Assembly: GCA_029561455.1 (NCBI GenBank)
Contig: JAKQIY010000076.1
Coordinates: forward strand, 81,838 to 145,837
Direction of reading: 5' to 3'
From: a bacterium
GTDB taxonomy: Bacteria > Zhuqueibacterota > Zhuqueibacteria > Residuimicrobiales > Krinioviventaceae
Length of the DNA stretch: 64,000 bases
The notes below the pieces were generated by a model. It had not been told where the DNA came from. It did not search any database and saw only the letters and a list, made by a program, of their open reading frames with translations. This document shows positions 48,055 to 57,837 of the stretch, in pieces (the first letter of the stretch is position 1; each line of letters opens with the position of its first letter). A program made the position numbers and the translations under genes.

Positions 48055-48183
48055 AAATTCCCTGTTTAGAATTCCCTGACAGAATATAATTTTTCATTGT
48101 AACAATATTAAATATTAAACGCCGGAAATATATAATTAAGAAATAAATATTAATTATCCAACATCTTTCTCATATCTCCCAAC

Positions 48184-48210
48184 AAAAAAAGGCAGCTTGT
48201 GCTGCCTTTT
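48184..48210 (-). terminator. Rho-independent terminator of the esterase gene
   Basis: AAAAGGCAGC-ttgt-GCTGCCTTTT with T7 run on the minus strand. Confidence 0.7.
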
Positions 48211-48253
48211 CATTACTTGAAAATTTTTAGAACTAAATGTCCTGCCTTTTTTG

Positions 48254-48370
48254 CGCCCTGGGATGGGATTCCCAGGGCGAGCAAATCACGGTTTTTAAAG
48301 AAATGGTGGGATAAAATCCCACCCTACATTTTTTTATGTAAATCGCGCCGGGTAATGAAACCCGGCGCTA
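48254..48370. repeat. Cluster of three REP-like palindromes
   Basis: CGCCCTGGGA..TCCCAGGGCG (48254-48279); GGTGGGAT-aaa-ATCCCACC-CTAC (48305-48327, GTAG foot on minus strand); CGCCGGGT-aatgaa-ACCCGGCG-CTA (48346-48370). Confidence 0.65.
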
Positions 48371-48384
48371 TCTGGAGTAATTTT

Positions 48385-50037
48385 TTATTTCTGCAATGTC
48401 ATCATCTTGCTGGAAACAAAATCCCCGGCGGTGATGCGGTAAATATACGTTCCCGATGCCAGGCCGGCGCCGTCAAAGGTCACCTGGTTCAAGCCCGCAC
48501 CTCTTTTGCCTTTGCACAAATCGCGGACTTTTTGTCCCTGAATATTAAACAACTCGATTTTCACTTCCAGCGGTTTGCTGAGAGAAAACTCGATGGTGGT
48601 AACGGGATTGAACGGATTTGGATAATTCTGCCGCAACTGGATGGAACTGACCGTTGCCGCGGCATTGTCATCAATCCGCACCGGTTCGGGATTGTTCAGC
48701 TTGTTCTGCGCAAACACCCAGGGGAACAGGTACGGATAATCATACGATTCCGCCCACATCACATGACTCTTGTTTTCCCATTCGGTATACAGCAGCCGGG
48801 CGCCGCCTTCGGTAACCGCCTGCACTTCGGCGTCGCTCATGCCGGTGCAGTCGCCATAATTGCAATGCGTGTACACGCAATCCAGGCCCTGGCGTTCCAG
48901 CGCTTCAATCATCTTGCGCGATTCCGAAACCGGTACGGTATTATCCACTTCGCCATGGAAATTCCAGATGGGAATGTGTTTGATGCGCTGCACCTGGGTG
49001 GAATCGCCGCCGCCGCTCATGGGAATGGCGCAGGCAAATTTATCCGGAAAACGCTGTATGGCGTCCCATGTGCCATAACCGCCCAGGGACAGTCCGGTAA
49101 CATATAGCCGGTTTTCATCGACCGGGAACTCGCGGATCAGCGAATCGAGCATATCCATGACGCAGGTCATTTCATTGCTGATCGGCACTTCAAAGATGCG
49201 ATATGAATCGCGATTGTTAAAGTCATAATCATTCCAGGCGCCATCGGTCGGGCATTGCGGCACCACCACAAAGCAGGGATAATTTTTCTGGTTGGCGCTA
49301 TCCGCCCAACTGGTTGCCAGGCGATGCACGGAAATCGGCAGTTCATTATCCGTACCGCATTCCCCGGAGCCATGCAGCGCCAGCACTAACGGATAGGATT
49401 GATTCGGATCATATCCATCCGGAATGCACAGGCGATATGGCAGGGTGGTTTCGGTAAAGGTGTGCGAGCGATAATGGAATTTCTCTTCGATACGGATATG
49501 ATTGGGATCATCAGTTTCCGTTAATACAATAGCGTCCAGGTTCACTGTAACGCCACTTGTACCACCCAGGTTAAACTGTACCCGGTAATTCTGGTCAGAG
49601 CCATAATAATTAAGAGTGTATGGGCCAAAGGTTTGCGGGGTAGTGGTAAGAACAAGTTCCGGAGAACTCCATATAACAGTGTAATCGCCTGAACTTTCCA
49701 TGAACATGGCATGAATGGGATGTTCCATACTGGCGGAAGCCATAAAGCTGAATTGATATATCCGACCTTGTTCAAAAGGCCGGGATTGGTATACGATAAC
49801 ATCGCCTTCTGCTGACCCACCATTGGTAATAGATATTGCAAGGTAATTGGGGCCGGAAAGTAACCCATCACTATTTACAACGCTGGTATAAGCAGCTGGA
49901 TTGATTTTTTTCATCAGCCAACCGGTTTTACCGGAATCGAATTCGGGATTGGAAATGATATTATCCTGCGCCCACAAGATAATGGGAGTTAAAAATAAAA
50001 GGACAAACAGAATGATTCTTTTCATATCATGCTCCAT
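48385..50037 (-). CDS. Secreted alpha/beta-hydrolase (esterase) with N-terminal CBM4/9-like domain and C-terminal FlgD-Ig/T9SS-like sorting domain
   Basis: Signal peptide; NIISNPEFD..W; LHGSGE, VVVPQCP, TGLSLGG (GxSxG), FHGEVD, H in SHVMW; QNYPNPFNP C-terminal domain. Confidence 0.85.
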   Translation of the reverse strand: MEHDMKRIILFVLLFLTPIILWAQDNIISNPEFDSGKTGWLMKKINPAAYTSVVNSDGLLSGPNYLAISITNGGSAEGDVIVYQSRPFEQGRIYQFSFMASASMEHPIHAMFMESSGDYTVIWSSPELVLTTTPQTFGPYTLNYYGSDQNYRVQFNLGGTSGVTVNLDAIVLTETDDPNHIRIEEKFHYRSHTFTETTLPYRLCIPDGYDPNQSYPLVLALHGSGECGTDNELPISVHRLATSWADSANQKNYPCFVVVPQCPTDGAWNDYDFNNRDSYRIFEVPISNEMTCVMDMLDSLIREFPVDENRLYVTGLSLGGYGTWDAIQRFPDKFACAIPMSGGGDSTQVQRIKHIPIWNFHGEVDNTVPVSESRKMIEALERQGLDCVYTHCNYGDCTGMSDAEVQAVTEGGARLLYTEWENKSHVMWAESYDYPYLFPWVFAQNKLNNPEPVRIDDNAAATVSSIQLRQNYPNPFNPVTTIEFSLSKPLEVKIELFNIQGQKVRDLCKGKRGAGLNQVTFDGAGLASGTYIYRITAGDFVSSKMMTLQK

Positions 50038-50232
50038 TTGTTTAAAAAGGTGATTTCCGGGAATGCTGCATCAAAATACATTAAATTTTGAAAAGAACCA
50101 AAAGAAAATTTTTTAAAAATAAATGCAGGAATCATCAAAAAATAGTGGTTGGTTACAAATGCAAACAAGCGGGCCACGGAAAAGCTGCCCGCCGCGTAAG
50201 GTTACTGAAAAGATTAGCAATATAGGGTGAGA

Positions 50233-51231
50233 TCAGGCGGATTGACGAATTATAAATTCAAGTTCGAATTTACGCTTTTCGACAGGTTTGGTTTTATCCT
50301 GAATACGGGCAATTAGCAGATCAATGGCGACATCGACCATATCGTCCAGCGGTTGGCGTATCGTCGTCAACTGGGGTTCCAACAGCGACGCAAACCACAG
50401 GTCGTCAAAACCGACAATTGCAAAATCATCCGGCACTTTATAGCCCAGGAGTTTGATACGGGATAAAAATCCGGAAGCGACATAATCGCCGCATACCACA
50501 AAAACTGCGGAGGGTTTATCGGCAAGGCTGTGGAAATAATCGGCGGCTTTAATTCCTTCCTGCGGTGAATAACTGGAACCGATATAAACATGCTGTGGAT
50601 TCATCTCCAGGCCAAATTCCCTCATGGTTTCGGTTACAGCCCCAATACGGCTGTCGATTAAATTCTTGTTTATTGAGCAACTTACCGCGCCGATTTTTTT
50701 GTGGCCCTTGCGAATCAAATACTTGGTGGCAACTTTGACGCTGTTTTTATTGTCAATTGCCACACAATCGATCCAGTCCAGATCGTTTTCAAAGATCACA
50801 ATCGGCAGATTCATACGCGCAACCAACTCCCGGTCGTCATCGGTCATATCGATGGCTTTATGCAGAATACCATCCAGCCGGCCTTCGCTGTTGAGTTGGT
50901 GATACAGGTGCGAGCGCCAATCCTCGCCCTTGTAGGCGCCATAGAGGATAATGTCGTAACCGGTATTGGCTATTTTACGGGTTACCGCTTTAATGGTGGC
51001 GGCATTGATCGGTTCGGAGAGGCCGGAGATGAGCACACCCAGGGTGTTGGTCTTGGAATGTACCAAGCCGCGCGCAGAGATATTGGGGACATAATTATAT
51101 TCCCGCGCCAGGGCCAGAATTTTTTCCCGGGTTTCGGCGCTGATCTTGGCTTTATTGTTAAGTACCATGGAAACAGTTGCCGGAGTAACTTTGGCCATTT
51201 CAGCAATATCTTTGATGGTAATTCTTTTCAT
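50233..51231 (-). CDS. LacI-family transcriptional regulator
   Basis: ITIKDIAEMAKVTPATVSMVLN HTH, YVPNISARGL hinge, VPDDFAIVGFDD, LTTIRQP. Confidence 0.95.
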   Translation of the reverse strand: MKRITIKDIAEMAKVTPATVSMVLNNKAKISAETREKILALAREYNYVPNISARGLVHSKTNTLGVLISGLSEPINAATIKAVTRKIANTGYDIILYGAYKGEDWRSHLYHQLNSEGRLDGILHKAIDMTDDDRELVARMNLPIVIFENDLDWIDCVAIDNKNSVKVATKYLIRKGHKKIGAVSCSINKNLIDSRIGAVTETMREFGLEMNPQHVYIGSSYSPQEGIKAADYFHSLADKPSAVFVVCGDYVASGFLSRIKLLGYKVPDDFAIVGFDDLWFASLLEPQLTTIRQPLDDMVDVAIDLLIARIQDKTKPVEKRKFELEFIIRQSA

Positions 51232-51247
51232 AATTGTCCTGCACAGT

Positions 51248-51369
51248 TTAAACGCTTAATCATGATAATGATCTTTTATGGGTATTTTAACAGTTATTTT
51301 CTTGCCAGCGATGATATTCAGATTCATGTAACAAATTGATGAACCGGTTTATAATGGTAAACCGTTTAA
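51248..51369. promoter_or_regulatory. Three putative LacI-type operators upstream of the LacI gene
   Basis: TTAAACGCTTAA (51248-51259), TGAACCGGTTTA (51340-51351), TAAACCGTTTAA (51358-51369): 12-bp pseudo-palindromes with central CG. Confidence 0.6.
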
Positions 51370-51786
51370 TTAACCATCCGGATTCCTTGCAAAGGCGAGT
51401 TTTCCTGATATATTTATCATTCCGGTATTGAAATATATAAAGATTATCCGGCATTATGCAAGTAATTATTAACCAAAATCATTTTAAATTGTATAAATGG
51501 CAGGGATTGGTGAATGAAAATTGCAAACGATTGCAAAAAAATATCTTTAACAGTATCTACATCCGGTTACGGGAGAGGGGTATGATGGAGCCCTGACCAG
51601 TCATTTTCAAATCTTTCTAAAAGATGGGACAAAACTCCATTCCACGCCTTGCATAAAATGAATTATCCGCAGATCAACGCAGATGGGAAATGCAGATTAA
51701 TGAGATTATAATAATGCAGGGATTCAAATATCGATGCATTATTGTGCAATAATCCTTTTCACTTTTATGTATTTCGCCGGGCACAC

Positions 51787-54700
51787 CTAATCCCTGACCA
51801 GACGAACTGAAAGGCCAAAATGCGTACTGTCGCCGATACGGTTCACAACTGAAAGACCATAACTCAGTGAGCGCTGCCAGGAGTAATCAGTATGGTACTC
51901 ACTAGCAGTCCAAAAGTAAGCAAAGGAATAAATATTAAAAAAACCGCCAAACATGTCACGTTGGCCGCCAGGCCGTGCTGTAAAACCACTGTAATTGGTA
52001 GCGCCGGTATTGGGCTCTCTCCAATGCCTAGTTCCGGTTTCTTTCAACTTGCCGCCTTCAGTGACCCCGCGGTGGCCGCTTCTGTCCGCTTCATACTGGT
52101 TCATGCCCAATGTAATTTCAAGCAGTTTCCATTCCGCTTCCGTGGGTACATGCCAGCCAACCGGGGCTAAATTGCTACTGTCGTTTACCGCGAACCAGTT
52201 ATACAGAACGCCGTAATCTGCGGCATTAGCGATGTCATTATTATAATAACACCAGGCGCCGGTTGAAGAATTAAACCATTCTGAATCGTCTGTAATATTC
52301 GGTATAGCATCTCCGTTACGGTAATGCGTTACCTGCAGGTTTTCCGCCATCCACCACTGGTCGCCGATTTTTACAGTTTGATAGACATTACCGTCAATAT
52401 CGGTAACTGTTCCTCTTTCATATGTAATAGTTGTAAAACGCCAGTTTTGGGACCAAGCGCTTGTTCCGGCAGCATTAGTAGCATTAACACGCCAGTAATA
52501 AGTAGTATCTTCAGACAGATTGGTAAGCTGGAAACTGGTTGTTACCAGACCGTTTTCCTCCAGAACCGGGGTGGTAAAAAGCGAATCGTTTGCTACCTGT
52601 AAATTATAAAAATCTACATTAGCAACTTCACTCCAGATCAGATATGTATTTAGATCAATATTGGCAGACCCATTAACGGGTGAAACCAGACCGGGGGGAT
52701 TGGGTATAATATGAGGCACAGTATTTCTGACACATCGAACAGAAAATCCATAATGCTTATTCAGGTTACCACGTCCAATATCTGAACCGTTATAAACCAG
52801 CTTGCGGCGCCAGGCGTTATTGGCGTCACCCTCGGTTGCGGACCAATAGTGGGCATCGGTTCCCATTTTCGAGTACCCGCCGGTATTGCTGTCCCGGAAA
52901 CCGCCTGGCCGCGCTGTAAAACCGCTTTCATTGGTAGCGCCGGTGTTGGGACTGTTCCAGTGCGCCTCGCCGGCCTCTTTTAATTTGCCACCCTCGGTTG
53001 TGCCGCGCCAGCCTACCTTGTCCGCATCAGTCTGACTCATGCCAAGGGCCATCTCCAGTTGCTTCCATTCCGTATCTGTCGGCACATGCCAGCCGTCCGG
53101 AGCGATATTGTTGCTATCAATCAGCGCAAACCAGTTATACAACAAGCCGTAATCGGCGGCGTAATTATTATCGTTTTGATAACAGCCGTAGGCGCCGCTC
53201 GTTAATCCTGCCCACTGCGTACTGTCTGTTATACCGGCTATTTCTTCGCCATTACAGTAATGCGTAACTCGCAGGTTCTCCGCCATCCACCACTGATCGC
53301 CGATCTTGACGGTGTGATAAACATTGCCGTCGATATCGGTAAGAAAACCTTGTGCAGTTGTGGTAAAACTCCAAACAGCCGACCAATCGCTTACGCCAAC
53401 CGCATTGATCGCATTTACACGCCAGTAAAAAGTAGTCCCTTCGGTAAGATTAGTGAGCTGGAAAGTGGTAGTTATCAGGCTATTTTCCTCAACAACCGGA
53501 GTGGTAAAAATCGAATCGGTTGCCACCTGCAAATTATAAAAATCTACATTGGACACTTCATTCCAGGATAAATATGTATTGACCTCAATATTGGCAGCAC
53601 CGTTTACAGGTGCAACCAGGCTGGGGGGATTGGGAATAATTTGCGGCGCGGTATTTCTGACACAACGAACTGAAAATCCATAATGCTTATCGAGATTGCC
53701 GCGTGCGATATCTGCACCATTATAAACCAGCTTGCGGCGCCAGGCGGTATTGGCGTCGCTTTCTGTGGCGCTCCAATAGTGGGCGTCGGTTCCCATTTTT
53801 GTGTACCCGCCGGTATTGCAGTCCCGGAAACCGCTTGGCCGCGCCGCAAAACCGCTTTCATTGGTAGCGCCGCTATTGGGACTGTTCCAGTGCGCCTCGC
53901 CGCTCTCTTTCAACTTGCCGCCTTCGGTTGTGCCTCGCCAGCCGATTTTATCCGCATCGGCCTGACTCATACCCAGAGTCATCTCCAGTTGCTTCCATTC
54001 CGCATCCGTCGGCACATGCCAGCCGGCCGGGGCAATGTTGTTGCTATCAATCAGCGCATACCAGTTATACAACAAGCCGTAATCGGTGGCGTAATTGTCA
54101 TCGTTATGATAACAGCCGTACGCGCCGGTGAATAAATCGGCCCATTGAGTGCTGTCGGTTATACCGGCTATTACAGCGCCGTTATTATAATGTGTTACCC
54201 GCAGGTTTTCCGCCATCCACCACTGGTCGCGGATCTTGACGGTGTGGTATACATTACCATCAAAATCGGTAACGGTGCGCAGCACAGTGATATCATTGGT
54301 CATATTTGAAATAATTTGCAGATCATGTTGAATTATAGTCTCGATATCCGCGCCGCTCACCCGCAGCAGGTACAGGTCGGATGCAGTTTTACCCAACCCG
54401 ATTGACCCGCCCGGCGCCGATGCCGTGGTAGATTGTCCGACAGTTTCAATGACACCCGTATGGCCGTCCAGCAGCAGCATTTTGCGGGTGAGACGGGTAT
54501 CACCAGCAATTAATGAATAGATATAAACCCCGGCGGAGACACCCTGGCCCTGTTCATTAGTACCGTTCCATACAATCCGTCCGTAAAGCCCGGACTGATA
54601 GCCGTCAAACAAGGTTTTGATCTTTTGTCCCAGCACATTATAGATTTCAAGGCGAATAGGGGACGGCCTGGCTAGCTCATAACTGATGACTGTTGATGGA

Positions 54701-54990
54701 TTGAAGGGATTGGGGTAATTTTGATACAAAATGAAAGAACCGGGCTGCCGGGTGATGACGTCGCCAATGCCGGTGGGGATGATTTGAAGCGAGTATTCGC
54801 CCTGGTCATTGGTCACATTACTGAATACCCGTGTCGAATCCGCCTGGTCGATCAGTTCCACCAGGGCGCCTTCTACCGGTTCATTGCCATTATCTCGTAC
54901 CACGCCGGTGACAATAATGTTCGCGAACAGGGTTTGACAAAACATAGCCACAAATCCAGCTATGAGATAAAAACGCGCGCTGTTAAACAT
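51787..54990 (-). CDS. Exported multi-domain protein: carboxypeptidase-regulatory-like, FlgD-Ig, then 3 FISUMP (Fib_succ_major) domains separated by FN3-like domains
   Basis: Three copies of TD.DGNVY.TVKI.DQWWMAENL...YG.LYNW...GWHVPT..EW...G.SVR.VR; internal QNYPNPFNP; ATG at 54990 after GGGAGG RBS. Confidence 0.9.
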   Translation of the reverse strand: MFNSARFYLIAGFVAMFCQTLFANIIVTGVVRDNGNEPVEGALVELIDQADSTRVFSNVTNDQGEYSLQIIPTGIGDVITRQPGSFILYQNYPNPFNPSTVISYELARPSPIRLEIYNVLGQKIKTLFDGYQSGLYGRIVWNGTNEQGQGVSAGVYIYSLIAGDTRLTRKMLLLDGHTGVIETVGQSTTASAPGGSIGLGKTASDLYLLRVSGADIETIIQHDLQIISNMTNDITVLRTVTDFDGNVYHTVKIRDQWWMAENLRVTHYNNGAVIAGITDSTQWADLFTGAYGCYHNDDNYATDYGLLYNWYALIDSNNIAPAGWHVPTDAEWKQLEMTLGMSQADADKIGWRGTTEGGKLKESGEAHWNSPNSGATNESGFAARPSGFRDCNTGGYTKMGTDAHYWSATESDANTAWRRKLVYNGADIARGNLDKHYGFSVRCVRNTAPQIIPNPPSLVAPVNGAANIEVNTYLSWNEVSNVDFYNLQVATDSIFTTPVVEENSLITTTFQLTNLTEGTTFYWRVNAINAVGVSDWSAVWSFTTTAQGFLTDIDGNVYHTVKIGDQWWMAENLRVTHYCNGEEIAGITDSTQWAGLTSGAYGCYQNDNNYAADYGLLYNWFALIDSNNIAPDGWHVPTDTEWKQLEMALGMSQTDADKVGWRGTTEGGKLKEAGEAHWNSPNTGATNESGFTARPGGFRDSNTGGYSKMGTDAHYWSATEGDANNAWRRKLVYNGSDIGRGNLNKHYGFSVRCVRNTVPHIIPNPPGLVSPVNGSANIDLNTYLIWSEVANVDFYNLQVANDSLFTTPVLEENGLVTTSFQLTNLSEDTTYYWRVNATNAAGTSAWSQNWRFTTITYERGTVTDIDGNVYQTVKIGDQWWMAENLQVTHYRNGDAIPNITDDSEWFNSSTGAWCYYNNDIANAADYGVLYNWFAVNDSSNLAPVGWHVPTEAEWKLLEITLGMNQYEADRSGHRGVTEGGKLKETGTRHWREPNTGATNYSGFTARPGGQRDMFGGFFNIYSFAYFWTASEYHTDYSWQRSLSYGLSVVNRIGDSTHFGLSVRLVRD
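52430..54275 (-). repeat. Intragenic tandem duplication with 930-bp period (FISUMP + FN3 unit)
   Basis: Identical blocks at offset 930: 52601/53531, 52721/53651, 52921/53851, 53281/54211; outer boundaries approximate. Confidence 0.85.
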
Positions 54991-55144
54991 AAAACCTCCC
55001 ACAAGAAATATAAATTTTATGAGAAATCACATTTTGCAAGGAGCAGCCATGTCATAATGGAAGGGGAATGATTAAATATCGTAAAGTTCCCGGTTGTTTG
55101 CAAGGGGAATTTGGCAAAACAGAAACTTTTTTATCTTTACGGTT

Positions 55145-55373
55145 GCGCCGGGATTCATATAGCGGGGCTGGAAATGGGTAGGATGAGATTCTATCCCACC
55201 ATTACAAAAACCAAAGTGTTCTGTATAAAATGATTTATCCGCAGATGACGCAGATTAACGCAGATTTGATTCTCAGAAACCTTGAAGTATATATAACAAT
55301 TACTTATGTAGAGACAAGGCATACCTTGTCTCTACAAAGAAGATCTTTTACGAACCGTGATATGAAACCCGGC
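55145..55373. repeat. Composite REP-rich intergenic element
   Basis: Inverted ends GCCGGGATTCAT / ATGAAACCCGGC; GTAGGATGAGATTCTATCCCACC (55178-55200); CGCAGAT x3; perfect GTAGAGACAAGG-cata-CCTTGTCTCTAC (55308-55335). Confidence 0.65.
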
Positions 55374-55394
55374 CCGTTTGGTTAATAAAATAGC

Positions 55395-57611
55395 TTAATC
55401 CTTTACACAACGTATTGAAAAACCATTTAACTTGTAGTAATTGGCCCGATTTGTAGACGTGCTATTATAGGATAAAAGACGACCCTTGGCATAATACTTA
55501 TTGCTCCCGGTAACAGACCAAAAGTAAGCATAATTTCCCAAATTATTGAAACCACCAGGTCCATAACGATAACCGGCCGGTAATGCTGTAAAACCACTTT
55601 CATTATCAGCGCCGGTATTAGGACTCGTCCAATGTAACGTACCGGTTTCCTTTAACAACCCGCCGGCAACACTATTTCCGCCCAGGAAATCTACCAGGGT
55701 TTGCCATTCCGCATCTGTTGGTATATGCCAGCCTTCCGGGGCAAGATTGCGTTTGTCAACCACAGCATACCAGTTGTATAATTCACCAAAAGTATATGAA
55801 AGGCTAATGTCATTGTTGTAACTACAATACGCACCGGTACTGAGATTCGACCATTCCTTGTTATTTGTCACATTAGGAATTGGATCACCATTGCGGTAAT
55901 GGGTTACCCTTAAATTTTCCGCCATCCAAACCTGGTCGCCAATTTTAATAATCTTGTATTTATTTCCATCGATATCGGTTATGGTTTCAGAAGTATCCAC
56001 AAGAACAGAAAAACTCCAGGCTTCCGACCAGTCGCTTGAACCCGCAATATTGGAGGCATTGACATGCCAGTAATAGGTTACACCTGCAATGAGATTGACA
56101 AGCTGGTACTGGGTGGCAAAAATGCTGGTTTCATCCAACACCAGAGAGGTAAAATCAGAATCACTGGCAACCTGTATACCATAGTAATCGGTATTTTCTA
56201 CATTATTCCAGGACAGTAATGGATTTATATTAAAATCTATTGTTCCATCTTTAGGCAGCGCCAGTGTTGGCACAGAGGGTTTTACTGGTGGTTCTGTATA
56301 TTCCCGAACACATCGAACGGAAAAACCATTAAGTTTATAGTTATTGTTTCGATTTATCATCGTATTATTAAAGTATAATAGGCGACCTTTGGCGTAATAC
56401 TTGTTACTCCCAGTAATAGACCAAAAGTAAGCGTAATTTCCCATATTGTAGAAATTACCCGGGCCATAACGATAACCGCCCGGCAGCGCTGCAAAACCAC
56501 TGGTATTGGTAGCGCCTGAGTTAGGACTAGTCCAATGTTCCGTACCGGTTTCCTTTAACTTGCCACCGGCCACATCTTTTCCTCCCAGGAAATCGACCAG
56601 GGTTTGCCATTCCGCGTCCGTAGGTATATGCCAGCCGGCCGGGGCAAGATTGCGCTTGTCTGCCACAGCATACCAGTTATAAAGCGCACCAAAAGTTTGA
56701 GCGTAACTATTATCATTATTATAAAAGCTATATGCACCACTGGTAAGATTCGACCATTCCGTTTTATTTGTTACATTAGGAATTGGATCACCATTGCTGT
56801 AATGGGTTACTTTTAAATTTTCTACCATCCATTCCTGGTTGCCAATTCGTACTGTCTTGTATATGTTGCCGTCAATGTCGGTCATACTACCGGCAACGCG
56901 GATAATGGTTACATCCTGTTTCATATTTGCAGCTAGTAATACATTTTCCAGTTCTGTGCTTAAACAATCCACTCCGCTCACTCGCAACCGGTACAAGCTG
57001 GCAGTTGCTTTGCCCAAACCGGTTGGCCCGCCGGGCGCTGCTCCCGCAGCAGATGTTCCGGTTGACCCGGTTAAACCCAAATGCCCGTCGAGCAGCAACA
57101 TCTTGCGGCTCAATCTGATGCCATCAGCGGACAAGCAATAGATATATACACCGGCAGCCACTCCCTGGTTTTGCTCATTGGTCGCGTCCCAAACAACCCG
57201 GTTAAACAGGTTAGATTGAAAACCATCAAATAAAGTCCTGATCTTTTGCCCCAGCACATTATAGATTTCAATGCGGATATACGATGGACGTGGTAACTCG
57301 TAACTGATTACTGTAGAGGGATTAAATGGGTTGGGATAATTCTGAAGCAGATTAAAGGCGCCGGGTTGTTGTGTGGTAATATTACCAATGCCGGTTGCAG
57401 TGATTTGAATAGAATATTCACCCTGGGTATTTGTAACAGCGCTGAATACTAGTGTTGGATCTGTTTGATCTATCAACTCGACTACTGCGCCGGCAACAGG
57501 TTCGTTGCCAGTATCCCGAATTGTGCCGGTTACAATAGATTGCGAAAATAGATTTTGAGATAATAAAACCAGAGCGATGATAATGACATAAACACGTTTG
57601 CCGGTTAACAT
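55395..57611 (-). CDS. Paralog of the previous gene with 2 FISUMP domains
   Basis: Same N-terminal architecture (DTGNEPVAGAVVELIDQ, QNYPNPFNP), FISUMP-FN3-FISUMP; ATG at 57611 after GGGAGG RBS. Confidence 0.9.
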   Translation of the reverse strand: MLTGKRVYVIIIALVLLSQNLFSQSIVTGTIRDTGNEPVAGAVVELIDQTDPTLVFSAVTNTQGEYSIQITATGIGNITTQQPGAFNLLQNYPNPFNPSTVISYELPRPSYIRIEIYNVLGQKIRTLFDGFQSNLFNRVVWDATNEQNQGVAAGVYIYCLSADGIRLSRKMLLLDGHLGLTGSTGTSAAGAAPGGPTGLGKATASLYRLRVSGVDCLSTELENVLLAANMKQDVTIIRVAGSMTDIDGNIYKTVRIGNQEWMVENLKVTHYSNGDPIPNVTNKTEWSNLTSGAYSFYNNDNSYAQTFGALYNWYAVADKRNLAPAGWHIPTDAEWQTLVDFLGGKDVAGGKLKETGTEHWTSPNSGATNTSGFAALPGGYRYGPGNFYNMGNYAYFWSITGSNKYYAKGRLLYFNNTMINRNNNYKLNGFSVRCVREYTEPPVKPSVPTLALPKDGTIDFNINPLLSWNNVENTDYYGIQVASDSDFTSLVLDETSIFATQYQLVNLIAGVTYYWHVNASNIAGSSDWSEAWSFSVLVDTSETITDIDGNKYKIIKIGDQVWMAENLRVTHYRNGDPIPNVTNNKEWSNLSTGAYCSYNNDISLSYTFGELYNWYAVVDKRNLAPEGWHIPTDAEWQTLVDFLGGNSVAGGLLKETGTLHWTSPNTGADNESGFTALPAGYRYGPGGFNNLGNYAYFWSVTGSNKYYAKGRLLSYNSTSTNRANYYKLNGFSIRCVKD

Positions 57612-57837
57612 ATACCCTCCCACAAAAAATTATTTATTTTTAAAAAAAATGGATTGCCTGGTTAAGCTACGTCAAATTTAGCGAATAATAAAACAATATA
57701 GAAAAAATAATGATATATGCAAGAGAAAAATTGGGTGGAATATGGTTTTTTCCAGAAGAGATATAGAAAAACATAGGCAGAAGCGAGTTCTGCCCCTAAA
57801 TCATATCCCACCGTAATTGTAATCCCGTTTGTTCTTT

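Noticed and set aside
48199-49107. 302-aa plus-strand ORF
   Set aside because: Antisense shadow of the well-supported esterase; it starts within terminator/REP hairpins and has no recognisable motifs.
51787-57611. Complete active DGR (TR/VR pair) within the FISUMP repeats
   Set aside because: All repeat copies are in-frame coding domains, they differ at many non-adenine synonymous sites, and no reverse transcriptase or Avd gene is in the window. Only the remote or fossil target hypothesis is retained.
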